Source: Alphaproteobacteria bacterium
GTDB lineage: Bacteria; Pseudomonadota; Alphaproteobacteria; JACZXZ01
DNA length: 64,000 bases
NCBI GenBank assembly: GCA_035294245.1
Contig: DATGLG010000012.1
Location: 123,270 to 187,269, forward strand
Direction: 5' to 3'
The notes under the pieces are model-generated. The model saw nothing but the letters and a program-made list of their open reading frames with translations, was not told the DNA's origin and ran no database searches. A program made the translations under genes and the position numbers. Numbering within the stretch: the first letter of the stretch is position 1; each line of letters starts with the position of its first letter. This document shows positions 33,628-42,228 of the stretch, one piece after another.

Positions 33628-34305
33628 TTATTTTTGCCTTATATGCAAATTCCGCGATCGCGGCTTGCCCGCCCGCGCCTCCTTTCCCTTGAGCGGCGGG
33701 TGCCACCACCGCGGCGGCGCGGCATTGCCAGGCGCTGTCGTCACCACCATCAGCATGCGGGCCGGCTTGGTCCCGATATTGCGGCCCATATGCGGCTGTC
33801 GACAGTCGAAATGCAGGCAATCGCCCTCGTCCATGACGAAGCGATCCGCGCCGATCTGGAATTCGAGCCTGCCCGACAGCAGGAACAGCACCTCCTCGCC
33901 GTCATGGGCCACCAGCAGGATGCGCTGCGGCGCGCCCACGGGAAATTCGAGCTCGAAGGCTTCCAGCCGCTGATCGGCGAGGTCGTCACCCAGCTTCTCG
34001 TAGGTATATCCGGCGGCGGCGACCATCGGGCTCGTCAGGCGCGCCTGTCGCTTCACATGAACATAGCTTGGCGGTCGCCGCGCGCCGCCATCGTCGCGGA
34101 AGAGATCGTGAAGAGGAATCCCCAGCGCCTCGGCGATGCGAATGAGGCTGGCGATCGAGGTGGACGCCGCGCCGCGCTCCAGCCGGGAGAGAAACGGCGT
34201 CGACAAGCCCGTGGCCTGCGTCAGGACACGGAGCGTTAGCCCCTTTCCCCGCCGCGCCTCTCGAATTTGCTCGCCGATCCGGCGACTGATCTCCCACGCC
34301 TTCAT
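33628..34305 (-). CDS. XRE-family HTH plus cupin transcriptional regulator
   Basis: Trimmed to the ATG at 34305. It has an HTH (IREARRGKGLTLRVLTQATGLSTPFLSRLERG) and a C-terminal cupin (HDGEEVLFLLSGRLEF). Confidence 0.85.
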   Translation of the reverse strand: MKAWEISRRIGEQIREARRGKGLTLRVLTQATGLSTPFLSRLERGAASTSIASLIRIAEALGIPLHDLFRDDGGARRPPSYVHVKRQARLTSPMVAAAGYTYEKLGDDLADQRLEAFELEFPVGAPQRILLVAHDGEEVLFLLSGRLEFQIGADRFVMDEGDCLHFDCRQPHMGRNIGTKPARMLMVVTTAPGNAAPPRWWHPPLKGKEARAGKPRSRNLHIRQK

Positions 34306-34390
34306 CAAGGCACTCCCGCTCAAGGTGTTCCGCGTTGCACGTAAGGCAAAGTCTCGGCGGGCGCAAGCAGAACCGCGCGCAGCCGCATCC

Positions 34391-35002
34391 TCATTGCGCG
34401 AGAAGCAACCGTTCCGCTTCGGCGAGATCGTCAGGTCGATTGGTATTGAAGAAAGGATCGACGGGCGTGGCGGGAAAATCGGCCATCGCGACCTTATAGC
34501 GCGCCGTCCAGTCCTCGACCTTCCGGATGCCCTCGTCGAGGATCGCGCGGCGCAGCTCGTCATGGAGGCGGAGCGGCCAAAGCCCGAAGACGGGATGCCG
34601 GCGTCCGCCGCTTGCGGCACAGGCAAGATCGGCGCCGACAGCCTCGGCCTCCGCTCGCAGGCGGGCGACGAGATCGCCGGGGAGAAACGGCGCATCGCAG
34701 GCGAAGCTGGCCAGCCAGCGGCAGTCCGGCGCCGCTTCCTTCGCCCAGGCCATGCCGGTAAGCACGCCGGCAAGGGGACCGGCATAGCCCTCGACGACAT
34801 CGGCGCGGACCGGCAACCCGTAGTCCGCGAAGCGCGCCCCGTCGCCATTCGCGTTCAAGACGAGCGCGCCGACCTGGGGACGGACGCGTCGGATGATGCG
34901 CGCGAGGATGGTCTCGCCGCCCAACACACGCAGACACTTGTCGCCGCCGCCCATGCGGCGCGACAGCCCTCCCGCAAGGAGGATGCCGGCGATGTCGCTC
35001 AT
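34391..35002 (-). CDS. mobA: Molybdenum cofactor guanylyltransferase MobA
   Basis: 203 aa: GILLAGGLSRRMGGGDKCL, GPLAGVLTGM. Confidence 0.85.
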   Translation of the reverse strand: MSDIAGILLAGGLSRRMGGGDKCLRVLGGETILARIIRRVRPQVGALVLNANGDGARFADYGLPVRADVVEGYAGPLAGVLTGMAWAKEAAPDCRWLASFACDAPFLPGDLVARLRAEAEAVGADLACAASGGRRHPVFGLWPLRLHDELRRAILDEGIRKVEDWTARYKVAMADFPATPVDPFFNTNRPDDLAEAERLLLAQ

Positions 35003-35011
35003 CGGCGCCGC

Positions 35012-35941
35012 TCAGTCGTCATCGGGACGGCTCGCCTTGCGCTGGACATGCCCCGGCTCCTCGCCCACGGCGCGGGCATCGGCGTCATAGACGATCCGGT
35101 GCTCGCCGGCGAGAGCGAGGAAGCGCCGGCCCTTGGCGCGGCCGATCAGCGTGAGATCCGCCTTGCGCGCAAGCTCGACTCCCCAGGCGGTGAAGCCGGA
35201 GCGCGAGACGAGGATGGGAATGCGCATCTGCACGCATTTGATCACCATCTCGCTGGTGAGCCGCCCCGTCGTATAGAAGATCTTGCCCGCCGGCGAGACG
35301 CCGTTGAGGAACATATAGCCGGCGATCTTGTCGATCGCGTTGTGGCGGCCGACATCCTCCATGTAGACGAGGGGCCTATCCTCCTCGCAGAGGACGCAGC
35401 CATGGATGGCGCCCGCCTCGAGATAGAGGCTCGGCGAAGTGTTGATCTTCTTGGCAAGGGCGTAGAGCCAGGAGGTCTTGAGCACCGCATCCGGGGACAG
35501 CGCGACCTCGTCGAATTTCTCCATGAGATCGCCGAAGACGGTACCCTGGGCGCAGCCCGAGGTCCGGATCTTCTTTTTGAGCTTCTCCTCGTAGTCGGTT
35601 GCGCGCTTCGTGCGCACGACGACCAATTCGAGCTCGTCGTCGTGCTCGATCCCCGTGATCTCGTCGTCGGAGCGCAGCATGTTCTGGTTGAGGAGATAGC
35701 CGACCGCGAGATAATCGGGATGATCGCCGATCGTCATCATGGTGACGATCTCCTGGCCGTTGAGAAAGAGCGTCAGCGGCCGCTCAACCACGACCGCGGT
35801 CTCGACCCGTCGGCCTTCCTGATCGACGCCGGTGACGCGTCGCGTGAGTCGCGGATCAGCCGGATCGGGGCGCACGGCGAACTCGCCGAGCGGCGCCGCA
35901 TCGCGTTTCACGCGCTCCTTCGCCGATGCGCCGGCCATCAT
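35012..35941 (-). CDS. fdhD: Formate dehydrogenase accessory sulfurtransferase FdhD
   Basis: Trimmed to the ATG at 35941, which is preceded by GGAGGA. It has RPLTLFLNGQEIVTMMTIGDHPDYLAVGYLLNQ, SGCAQGTVF and EDVGRHNAIDKIAG. No formate dehydrogenase structural gene lies in the window. Confidence 0.9.
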   Translation of the reverse strand: MMAGASAKERVKRDAAPLGEFAVRPDPADPRLTRRVTGVDQEGRRVETAVVVERPLTLFLNGQEIVTMMTIGDHPDYLAVGYLLNQNMLRSDDEITGIEHDDELELVVVRTKRATDYEEKLKKKIRTSGCAQGTVFGDLMEKFDEVALSPDAVLKTSWLYALAKKINTSPSLYLEAGAIHGCVLCEEDRPLVYMEDVGRHNAIDKIAGYMFLNGVSPAGKIFYTTGRLTSEMVIKCVQMRIPILVSRSGFTAWGVELARKADLTLIGRAKGRRFLALAGEHRIVYDADARAVGEEPGHVQRKASRPDDD

Positions 35942-36002
35942 GTCCTCCACATCTTCGCCGCCAATATGAACCCCGCCCACGGATGAGACAAGTTGCGGGC
36001 GA

Positions 36003-37124
36003 TCACGCGTCGGACACGAGATGGATCGCCGCGGGATCGATCTCCGCGACGATCGGAATGCCCGGCCGCAGGCCGAGATCTCGAACGCTGCGGCTCATGA
36101 CGTAGGAGACGAGGGGAAAGCCGCAATCCTGCATCACCCGTGTGAGGGCCCCGATCCGCGTCAAGGCGACGATCGGGCCAGCCAGGCGATTGTCGGCTCC
36201 CGTGTCCCATCCGACATCCGCGGCGCTCGCATCGATGGGGCGGAGCCGAATGTCCTCGGCGCGAATGCAGAACGCGATGTTGCCGGCCTCTCGCGTCGGC
36301 GGGTCATCGCATTCGACGCACAGCGTTCTTCCCGCGATCTCGACGATACAGCGGCCGCGCTGGGGCTTCGCTACGATTCGCCCGCGAAGAATATTCTCCA
36401 TGCCGAGAAACTCGGCGACGAAGCGGTTCGCCGGCCTGCCGAACACCTCCGCCGGCGTGCCGACCTGCACGAGGCGTCCGTCGCGAATGACGGCGATTCG
36501 ATCGGCCAGCATCGCGGCGTCGCCTTGATCGTGGGAGACGAAGATGGCGGGAATCCCCGCTTCCCGCAGGAAACGGCCGAGCTCCTCGCGCAAGGTCTCG
36601 CTGGTACGCGCATCCAGCGCCGAAAACGGCTCGTCGAGGAGGAAGAGATCGGGATAGGCGACAAGGCTGCGGGCAAGGGCGACCCGCTGCTTCTCGCCGG
36701 GGCTAAGGTCCGCCGGCGTGCGATGGATCAGGCTGCCGAGCGCAAAGCGCTCGATCAGCGCCTGAACCTGATCGCTGGCTGAGGGAAACGGCGGCAGCCG
36801 CTCGGAATTCCGGCCGCGACGGCGGCCGAAGGCGATGTTCTCGGCGACGGTGAGATGGGGAAACAGGCCGAAGCTCTGGAAGATGAATCCGGTGTGCCGC
36901 TCCTCCGGAGGCAGTGTCGTGACATCCCGCCCGCGGATCAGAATCCGCCCGGCGGACGGCCGATGGAAACCGGCGATGGTCTCCAGGATCACGGACTTGC
37001 CGGCACCGTTCGGCCCCAGGATCACGAGGATTTCGCCGGGCGCCAAGGCGATATTTATATCGCGCAGGGCGAATGCCCCCAACGTCAACGAGACGTTCTC
37101 GATCGAGGTGACGGCGTCGCGCAT
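36003..37124 (-). CDS. ABC transporter ATPase with C-terminal TOBE-like domain (molybdate/tungstate WtpC/ModC-like)
   Basis: 373 aa with Walker A (GPNGAGKS), signature (LSPGEKQR) and Walker B (LFLLDEP). A C-terminal beta-rich tail is typical of Mop/TOBE. It belongs to an operon with the permease and the WtpA-like binding protein. Confidence 0.85.
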   Translation of the reverse strand: MRDAVTSIENVSLTLGAFALRDINIALAPGEILVILGPNGAGKSVILETIAGFHRPSAGRILIRGRDVTTLPPEERHTGFIFQSFGLFPHLTVAENIAFGRRRGRNSERLPPFPSASDQVQALIERFALGSLIHRTPADLSPGEKQRVALARSLVAYPDLFLLDEPFSALDARTSETLREELGRFLREAGIPAIFVSHDQGDAAMLADRIAVIRDGRLVQVGTPAEVFGRPANRFVAEFLGMENILRGRIVAKPQRGRCIVEIAGRTLCVECDDPPTREAGNIAFCIRAEDIRLRPIDASAADVGWDTGADNRLAGPIVALTRIGALTRVMQDCGFPLVSYVMSRSVRDLGLRPGIPIVAEIDPAAIHLVSDA

Positions 37125-37132
37125 TCAGGTGC

Positions 37133-38017
37133 CTACCGGCCGCCGCCCAGCGCATGGCCGCGGCCATAGGCGAGGTAGCGCAGCAGGATGAAGATCAGCA
37201 AGGAAACCGCGAGCAGCAACAGCGACATGCCCGTCGCATCCTCGATCCCGAAGCGGAGGAAGAGCTCGTAAATCTTCACGGGTGCCGTCATCGGGTAATA
37301 GACGAGGATGACGACGGCGCCGAATTCGCCGATGGCGCGCGCGAAGGTCAGCGTGATGCCCGTCATGATGCCGCGCCAGGCGAGCGGCAGCGTCACGCGC
37401 AAAAATACCGCCCATTGCCCATGGCCGAGCGTCCGCGCGACCTTCTCCAGGCGCGGATCGATGGCCTCGAAGCCGATCCGCGCCGCGTTCACCGTGTAGG
37501 GGACCGAGACGAAGAGCATCGCCACGACGATGCCCGCGAGGGTGCCCCAGAACTGGATGCCGACGCGTGAAGCCGGCCCGCCGACGAATCCTTGCCGGCC
37601 GAAGACGAAGAGGAGGGCGATTCCCGCGACGGTGTGAGGCACCGCCAGCGGCACGTCGACGATCGCTGAGATCAGGCGCTTGCCGCGAAACTCGCTGCGC
37701 GCCAGGAGGTAGGCGAGCGGCACCCCGAAAAACGCCGCGAGCAGGGCGGCGAGGACGGCGCCTTCAAGGCTCAGCCAGATCGCCCGGAGGACATCCATCG
37801 AGCCCGCCACGCGCAGCAGATCGCCGCGGGTCTGGTTGGCGGCGAGGGCGAGGAGCGGCAGCAGGATGAAGGCGAGCAGGATGCTCGCGAGGAACCAGCC
37901 GACGAGGACGAGGCCGCGCGACCATGCGGGCGAGCGCGGGCTCGAGGCTGCGACGGAGCGGGCGGTCGCCGGCGGCGCCTGGGCTTCAGGCTCGTGGCGG
38001 CTCACGACCCCGGCCAT
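37133..38017 (-). CDS. ABC transporter permease (CysTW/ModB-type; WtpB-like)
   Basis: Track ORF trimmed to the ATG at 38017. It has six TM segments and the EAA-type loop (EAIDPRLEKVARTLGHGQWAVFLRVTLP). It overlaps the upstream binding-protein gene by 16 nt. Confidence 0.85.
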   Translation of the reverse strand: MAGVVSRHEPEAQAPPATARSVAASSPRSPAWSRGLVLVGWFLASILLAFILLPLLALAANQTRGDLLRVAGSMDVLRAIWLSLEGAVLAALLAAFFGVPLAYLLARSEFRGKRLISAIVDVPLAVPHTVAGIALLFVFGRQGFVGGPASRVGIQFWGTLAGIVVAMLFVSVPYTVNAARIGFEAIDPRLEKVARTLGHGQWAVFLRVTLPLAWRGIMTGITLTFARAIGEFGAVVILVYYPMTAPVKIYELFLRFGIEDATGMSLLLLAVSLLIFILLRYLAYGRGHALGGGR

Positions 38018-38976
38018 GGCGTGACGAAGGGGCGAAGCGATGCCGGCATTCTGTCGGCCCCGACAGCATAAGCCGGGCTGAAGGCGCCGAACCCCGCTTG
38101 CTTGAGAATGGCCTGCCCTTCCGGCCCCAGCAGAAACGCGATATACCGCTCCGCCCAGGCCGCGTGCTCGGCATTGTCCGGTATGGTGAGCGCATAGACG
38201 ATCGGCTTTCCGGTAAGATCGCCATTCTTGGTATGCGCGACCCCCGTCGCATAGGCCGTGGCATCCCTCGGGTCGCTGAGATTGATCGCCGCCGGCAGAT
38301 CGAGAAATTTCAAATGATGTTGCAGGGCGTCCGAGCGGTAGATGGCGAGGTAGTCGATCTGGCCGACCTGGAGGGCCGCGATGAGCGAGGTCTCGGTATC
38401 GCGCATATTCGCCCGCGGCGCATTCGCCAGCACTTTCGTCGCCAGATCGGGAGCATGGTAATAGGCCGAGGCAAGGGCGAGCATCTGCACGGTCTGGTAG
38501 CCCGAGGGGTCCGTATCGGGATCGGAGCGCCCGATCTCGACGCCCGGCCGTGACAGGATTTGATACCAGTTGCTCGGCGTGATCTCCGCTGCGTATTTGC
38601 TCTTCTCGGTGTAGACGAAGGTGATCGCGTTGCGCGCAAAGCCGATATACCAATCGGCGCGCCCCTTCCCGCTCGGAGCGTCGAAGAGATATTTCGGGAT
38701 AACGTTGTAATCGGCGACGGCGAGGAGATCGGCTGGCCGGTGGAGCTCGGTGATCTGTTTCGCCATCTTCACGCTGCCGCCGAACTGGGGCTCGACAACA
38801 ACCTCCGGGTATTTCTGCCGAAACGCGTCATCCACGGCCTTGAAAGGCACCGCCAGGGTCCCTGCGGCGAAGATCGTGAACTTTGGAGACTCCGCCGCGC
38901 CTGCGGCATACGGCGCCACCGCGAAAGCGCCGATCACGGCGACGGCCGCAACGGAAAGCCTGACGACCCGCTTCAT
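38002..38976 (-). CDS. wtpA: Periplasmic molybdate/tungstate-binding protein, WtpA type
   Basis: Trimmed to the ATG at 38976, and it has a signal peptide. FAAGTLAVPF, GGSVKMAKQITEL..ADLLAVADY, ADWYIGFARN.ITFVYTEKSKYA.EI...NWYQIL.RPGV..G.SDPDTDPSGYQ and IDYLAIYRS.A.QHHLKF..LP track the archaeal WtpA sequence as I recall it, not ModA or TupA. Confidence 0.75.
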   Translation of the reverse strand: MKRVVRLSVAAVAVIGAFAVAPYAAGAAESPKFTIFAAGTLAVPFKAVDDAFRQKYPEVVVEPQFGGSVKMAKQITELHRPADLLAVADYNVIPKYLFDAPSGKGRADWYIGFARNAITFVYTEKSKYAAEITPSNWYQILSRPGVEIGRSDPDTDPSGYQTVQMLALASAYYHAPDLATKVLANAPRANMRDTETSLIAALQVGQIDYLAIYRSDALQHHLKFLDLPAAINLSDPRDATAYATGVAHTKNGDLTGKPIVYALTIPDNAEHAAWAERYIAFLLGPEGQAILKQAGFGAFSPAYAVGADRMPASLRPFVTPWPGS

Positions 38977-39096
38977 CGATCTCTCCCACCTGGTTTTTAG
39001 CTTGGTCGACTGCATTTTCTACTGCATCGGCGGAATTCCGTAAACATCGCCCAAAAACGCGCAAAAACACTCATCCTTGAGAAACAGTTCTGAATT

Positions 39097-39116
39097 CGTT
39101 GCAGTTTCCCGCAACG
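39097..39116. promoter_or_regulatory. Inverted repeat CGTTGC-N8-GCAACG upstream of the wtpA-like operon
   Basis: CGTTGCagtttcccGCAACG lies 121-140 nt upstream of the wtpA-like ATG and 26 nt downstream of the regulator stop. The loop contains TTTCCCG, which also occurs in the 40116-40137 palindrome. Confidence 0.35.
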
Positions 39117-39141
39117 TCAATGGCTTATCGGCTTCGACGGA

Positions 39142-40041
39142 TCAGGGGTCGTTATAGGTCACGGCGCCGAGGGTGCCGATGTCGTAGCCCTGCAATTCCA
39201 CCGCCCTGGTCCGGAACCGCTCGGTGCGGGCGAAGGCGAGCAGGCTCTGTATCGGCGGCTCGAAATAGTCGCGCCGCCGCATCACCAGGTCGAAGCGCTC
39301 GCGGGCAAGCGGTAGAAAATCGAGCCCGTATTGACGCGCTGCGGCACGGATCGCCGGCCCGGCATCCGCCCTGCCCTCGGCGACGAGAAGTGCCAGATCG
39401 CTTTCCGTAAGGGCCGGATGCTCGAGGCGAGCGAGGGCGTCATAGGCGATCCCGGCCTTCTCGAGAAGGTGCCGGAACAGGATCTGGCTTCCCGATTCCG
39501 GCTGGCGTTCTACGACCGTCACGGGCTTCTCGGCAAGGTCGCGGAGCCCCCGGATGCCGTGCGGGTTTCCCGCCGCGAGGACGAGGCCCTGCTCGCGCCA
39601 AGCCCATTCGAGCGCGACGAGGCCAAGCCGCGAATAGCTTGCCTTGAGGAGGGGCAGGTTGTAGGAGCCGCCCTCGCCGTCCAGAACGTGCATCCCACAG
39701 AGCTGCGCCTCTCCCGCCGCAAGACGCCTGAGGCCGTCGAGGCTGCCCCCCGCCATCCAAGCGAGGCCACATCCGGATTCGCGGATGGCCCATTCGAGCA
39801 GCGGATCGTGGCTTCCGGCGACGACCGGCGGCGAGGTGACACGTTCAGCCGCCATCGACCTTGCCCCCTCGGGCAGCTCTGTGCTTTGCGCCAGCCAGTT
39901 ATCGATGAGCTGCTTGGGAAAGAGATACTTTCCGGTGACCTTGGTGCAGGGAATGAGTCCGTCGCGGACGAGCTCGTAGACCTTGCGCTCCTTGATCCGC
40001 AGATACTCCGCGACCTCCTTGGTGCTCAGAAGCTCGGGCAC
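39142..40041 (-). CDS. TunR-like regulator: excisionase/MerR-type HTH plus periplasmic-binding-protein-like (oxyanion-binding) domain
   Basis: The HTH is ELLSTKEVAEYLRIKERKVYELVRDGLIPCTKV. The C-terminal PBP-like domain has VVAGSHDPLL and LVLAAGNPHGI. I prefer the GTG at 40041, which is preceded by GGGAGAAGG, over the track GTG start at 40110. It is adjacent to Mo/W transport and cofactor genes. Confidence 0.7.
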   Translation of the reverse strand: MPELLSTKEVAEYLRIKERKVYELVRDGLIPCTKVTGKYLFPKQLIDNWLAQSTELPEGARSMAAERVTSPPVVAGSHDPLLEWAIRESGCGLAWMAGGSLDGLRRLAAGEAQLCGMHVLDGEGGSYNLPLLKASYSRLGLVALEWAWREQGLVLAAGNPHGIRGLRDLAEKPVTVVERQPESGSQILFRHLLEKAGIAYDALARLEHPALTESDLALLVAEGRADAGPAIRAAARQYGLDFLPLARERFDLVMRRRDYFEPPIQSLLAFARTERFRTRAVELQGYDIGTLGAVTYNDP

Positions 40042-40115
40042 GGCCTTCTCCCTGCTGGTCTTTTCAGGCAAATATAGCGATATTTCTCGTTGCCGCCGCA
40101 ATCGCAGCACCTGAT

Positions 40116-40137
40116 TTTCCCGGATTTCACCGGGAAA
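40116..40137. promoter_or_regulatory. Perfect 8-bp inverted repeat TTTCCCGG-N6-CCGGGAAA in the regulator/moaA divergent spacer
   Basis: The palindrome is read directly from the sequence. A third related palindrome, TCCCGGGA, follows at 40153-40160. Confidence 0.5.
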
Positions 40138-40204
40138 GGCGTTTTGACACGATCCCGGGACGTGCTTAAATGAAAAGCGCCGAGCAGGCCTGTTTTTTCG
40201 AGAT

Positions 40205-41260
40205 ATGGTCGAGGACGAGGACCAGAGAATTCAGCCGATGCAGATAATGGCGACCACCGATGCGCCGCTGATCGACCCCTATCAGCGCCGGATCACCTAT
40301 CTGCGGGTGTCGGTCACCGACCGCTGCGATTTCCGCTGCGTCTATTGCATGGCGGAGGACATGACCTTCCTGCCGAAGGCGGAGATCCTGAGCCTCGAGG
40401 AGCTGGAGCGCATCTGCACGGCCTTCGTTCGCCTCGGCGTGCGGAAGCTGCGCCTGACCGGCGGCGAGCCGCTCGTCCGCCGCAACATCATGCATCTCAT
40501 CCGCGGCCTCGGCCGGCTGCGCAGCGAGGGGTCCCTCGACGAGCTGACCCTGACGACCAACGGCAGCCAGCTCGCCAAATATGCGGCGGAGCTGCGCGAT
40601 TGCGGCGTGCGCCGCGTCAATGTCTCCCTCGACACCCTCGATCCCCACAAGTTCGCGGCGATCACCCGCTGGGGCCGGCTCGACAAGGTGCAGGAGGGAA
40701 TCGCCGCCGCCAAAGCCGCCGGCCTCCATGTCAAGATCAACACGGTGGCGCTCAAGGGCGTCAACGACGACGAAGCGGAAAAGCTCGTGGCCTGGGCCGG
40801 GAGCGAGGGATTCGACATCACGTTCATCGAGGTCATGCCGATGGGCGAGATCGGCGGCGAAGTGCGGCTGGAGCAATATCTCCCGCTCTCGCTGCTTCGC
40901 GCCAAGCTCTCCCGTCGCTTCACCCTCGAGGACAGCGACTATCGCACCGGCGGCCCCGCGCGCTATTTCCAGTGCAAGGAGACGGGTGGACGCATCGGCT
41001 TCATCACGCCGATGACGCATAATTTCTGCGAATCCTGCAACCGCGTGCGGCTCACCTGCACGGGCACCCTCTATATGTGCCTGGGGCAGGAGGACGCCGC
41101 CGATCTGCGGGCGCCGCTCCGGCGTAGCGACGATGACCGGGAGCTCGTCGCCGCCATCCGCGAGGCGATCTCGCGCAAGCCCAAGGGCCACGACTTCGTG
41201 ATCGACCGGCGCCACGCCGCCGCCGCGGTCCCCCGCCATATGAGCGTCACCGGCGGCTGA
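40205..41260 (+). CDS. moaA: GTP 3',8-cyclase MoaA (radical SAM)
   Basis: It has [18 protein letters not shown] (the CxxxCxxC cluster), [11 protein letters not shown] and a C-terminal second cluster ([15 protein letters not shown]). The start is uncertain, with alternative ATGs at 40238 and 40247. Confidence 0.9.
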   Translation: MVEDEDQRIQPMQIMATTDAPLIDPYQRRITYLRVSVTDRCDFRCVYCMAEDMTFLPKAEILSLEELERICTAFVRLGVRKLRLTGGEPLVRRNIMHLIRGLGRLRSEGSLDELTLTTNGSQLAKYAAELRDCGVRRVNVSLDTLDPHKFAAITRWGRLDKVQEGIAAAKAAGLHVKINTVALKGVNDDEAEKLVAWAGSEGFDITFIEVMPMGEIGGEVRLEQYLPLSLLRAKLSRRFTLEDSDYRTGGPARYFQCKETGGRIGFITPMTHNFCESCNRVRLTCTGTLYMCLGQEDAADLRAPLRRSDDDRELVAAIREAISRKPKGHDFVIDRRHAAAAVPRHMSVTGG

Positions 41261-41263
41261 GCC

Positions 41264-41566
41264 TCAGCGCTCGTTCTGCCTCACGATGCAGGTGCCGTTT
41301 CCTCCCGGCTGAATCAGAATCTCGGGCCCGGGGTGCTGGGGGTCGCCGCTCCAGCGGCGTCCTTGCCACTGGCCGTCCTTCCAGATCGGCCGGGCGGCGA
41401 GATCCTCCGTCACGACGAGGTCCCGGTCCTGGAAGCATTTGATGGTGTAGGGCGGCTTCGGAAGCGCGATCGGCCCCGTCTGATCGCCGGGGCTCGCAGC
41501 CAGGGCCGCGCACAGGGGTACGACGCCCAGGGTGGCAAATCGGATCGCCCGTCCTATCACCCGCAT
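41264..41566 (-). CDS. Small exported hypothetical protein (two Cys)
   Basis: Track ORF 41264..41581 trimmed to the ATG at 41566. It has a signal-peptide-like N-terminus (MRVIGRAIRFATLGVVPLCAALAA). I recognise no family. Codon usage is consistent with coding sequence. Confidence 0.4.
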   Translation of the reverse strand: MRVIGRAIRFATLGVVPLCAALAASPGDQTGPIALPKPPYTIKCFQDRDLVVTEDLAARPIWKDGQWQGRRWSGDPQHPGPEILIQPGGNGTCIVRQNER

Positions 41567-41597
41567 GCCCGATGGCCCCATTTTCCTGCCCCTGCGC

Positions 41598-42101
41598 CTA
41601 TTTTATGACGATCTGATGCGCGAGGGTCTTGCCGTCGCTCCAGGTGATCTGGGTGAAGCCGAGCAGCTTGCATAGGTCGAAGAAGGTGAACACGTCCTCG
41701 ACGGCATGCTGCTGGAAGAAGGGCGTGAGCCTCGCCGTCGCCGTGAGGATGGCGAAGAGCGCGCGCGCCCGATAGAGCGTGTTGTAGCCGTCGTCGCTCA
41801 GCGAGACGATGATAAGCTTCTCGGCGCCGTCGCCCTTTGCGAAGATGGCATAGGTCGGCGGATAGGGGTTGTTCAGCATCTGCTGGGTCATGGCGGTAAC
41901 GAAGCCGAGCCGGCGATCGCGATCGGAATCGGGAAGGGTTACCGCCCGCGAATGATAGACCTCGTGGGTCTGGGGAGGCGGATAATAGTAGCCGACTTGG
42001 TTCTGATCCGACGCCTGCGCGGGCGCTCGGCCGAACGGCCCGACGACCATGACAAGGGCGAGAAGCGCGCTCAGGAAAGCGGCGCGGATGCTCTTCGACA
42101 T
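41598..42101 (-). CDS. Exported conserved hypothetical protein
   Basis: Trimmed to the ATG at 42101. It has a signal peptide (MSKSIRAAFLSALLALVMVVGPFGRAPAQA). The mature part is YYYPPPQ...LIIVSLSDDGYNTLYRARALF. No family is recognised. Confidence 0.55.
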   Translation of the reverse strand: MSKSIRAAFLSALLALVMVVGPFGRAPAQASDQNQVGYYYPPPQTHEVYHSRAVTLPDSDRDRRLGFVTAMTQQMLNNPYPPTYAIFAKGDGAEKLIIVSLSDDGYNTLYRARALFAILTATARLTPFFQQHAVEDVFTFFDLCKLLGFTQITWSDGKTLAHQIVIK

Positions 42102-42174
42102 GCGATCCCCCGTTAGCCTGCCCCGAGGCACGATGCCGATTGGCGCGAGGCTTGGCAAGCCTTCGATGCCGCGG

Positions 42175-42203
42175 CTGGCATGATCCAGCACCTGGGCTAT
42201 ACT
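42175..42203 (+). promoter_or_regulatory. Candidate sigma-70-type promoter for nadK (CTGGCA-N17-TATACT)
   Basis: The -35-like CTGGCA lies at 42175-42180 and the -10-like TATACT at 42198-42203, 26 nt before the nadK ATG. This is a pattern match only. Confidence 0.3.
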
Positions 42204-42228
42204 CGCGGCGCAACGAAGAGGAGCCGCG

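Noticed and set aside
40042-40204. Moco riboswitch in the moaA leader
   Set aside because: A hairpin and CCGAG/GGCC-like strings are present, but I cannot reproduce the conserved Moco motif architecture by eye and the leader may be too short. A decision needs Infernal with RF01055.
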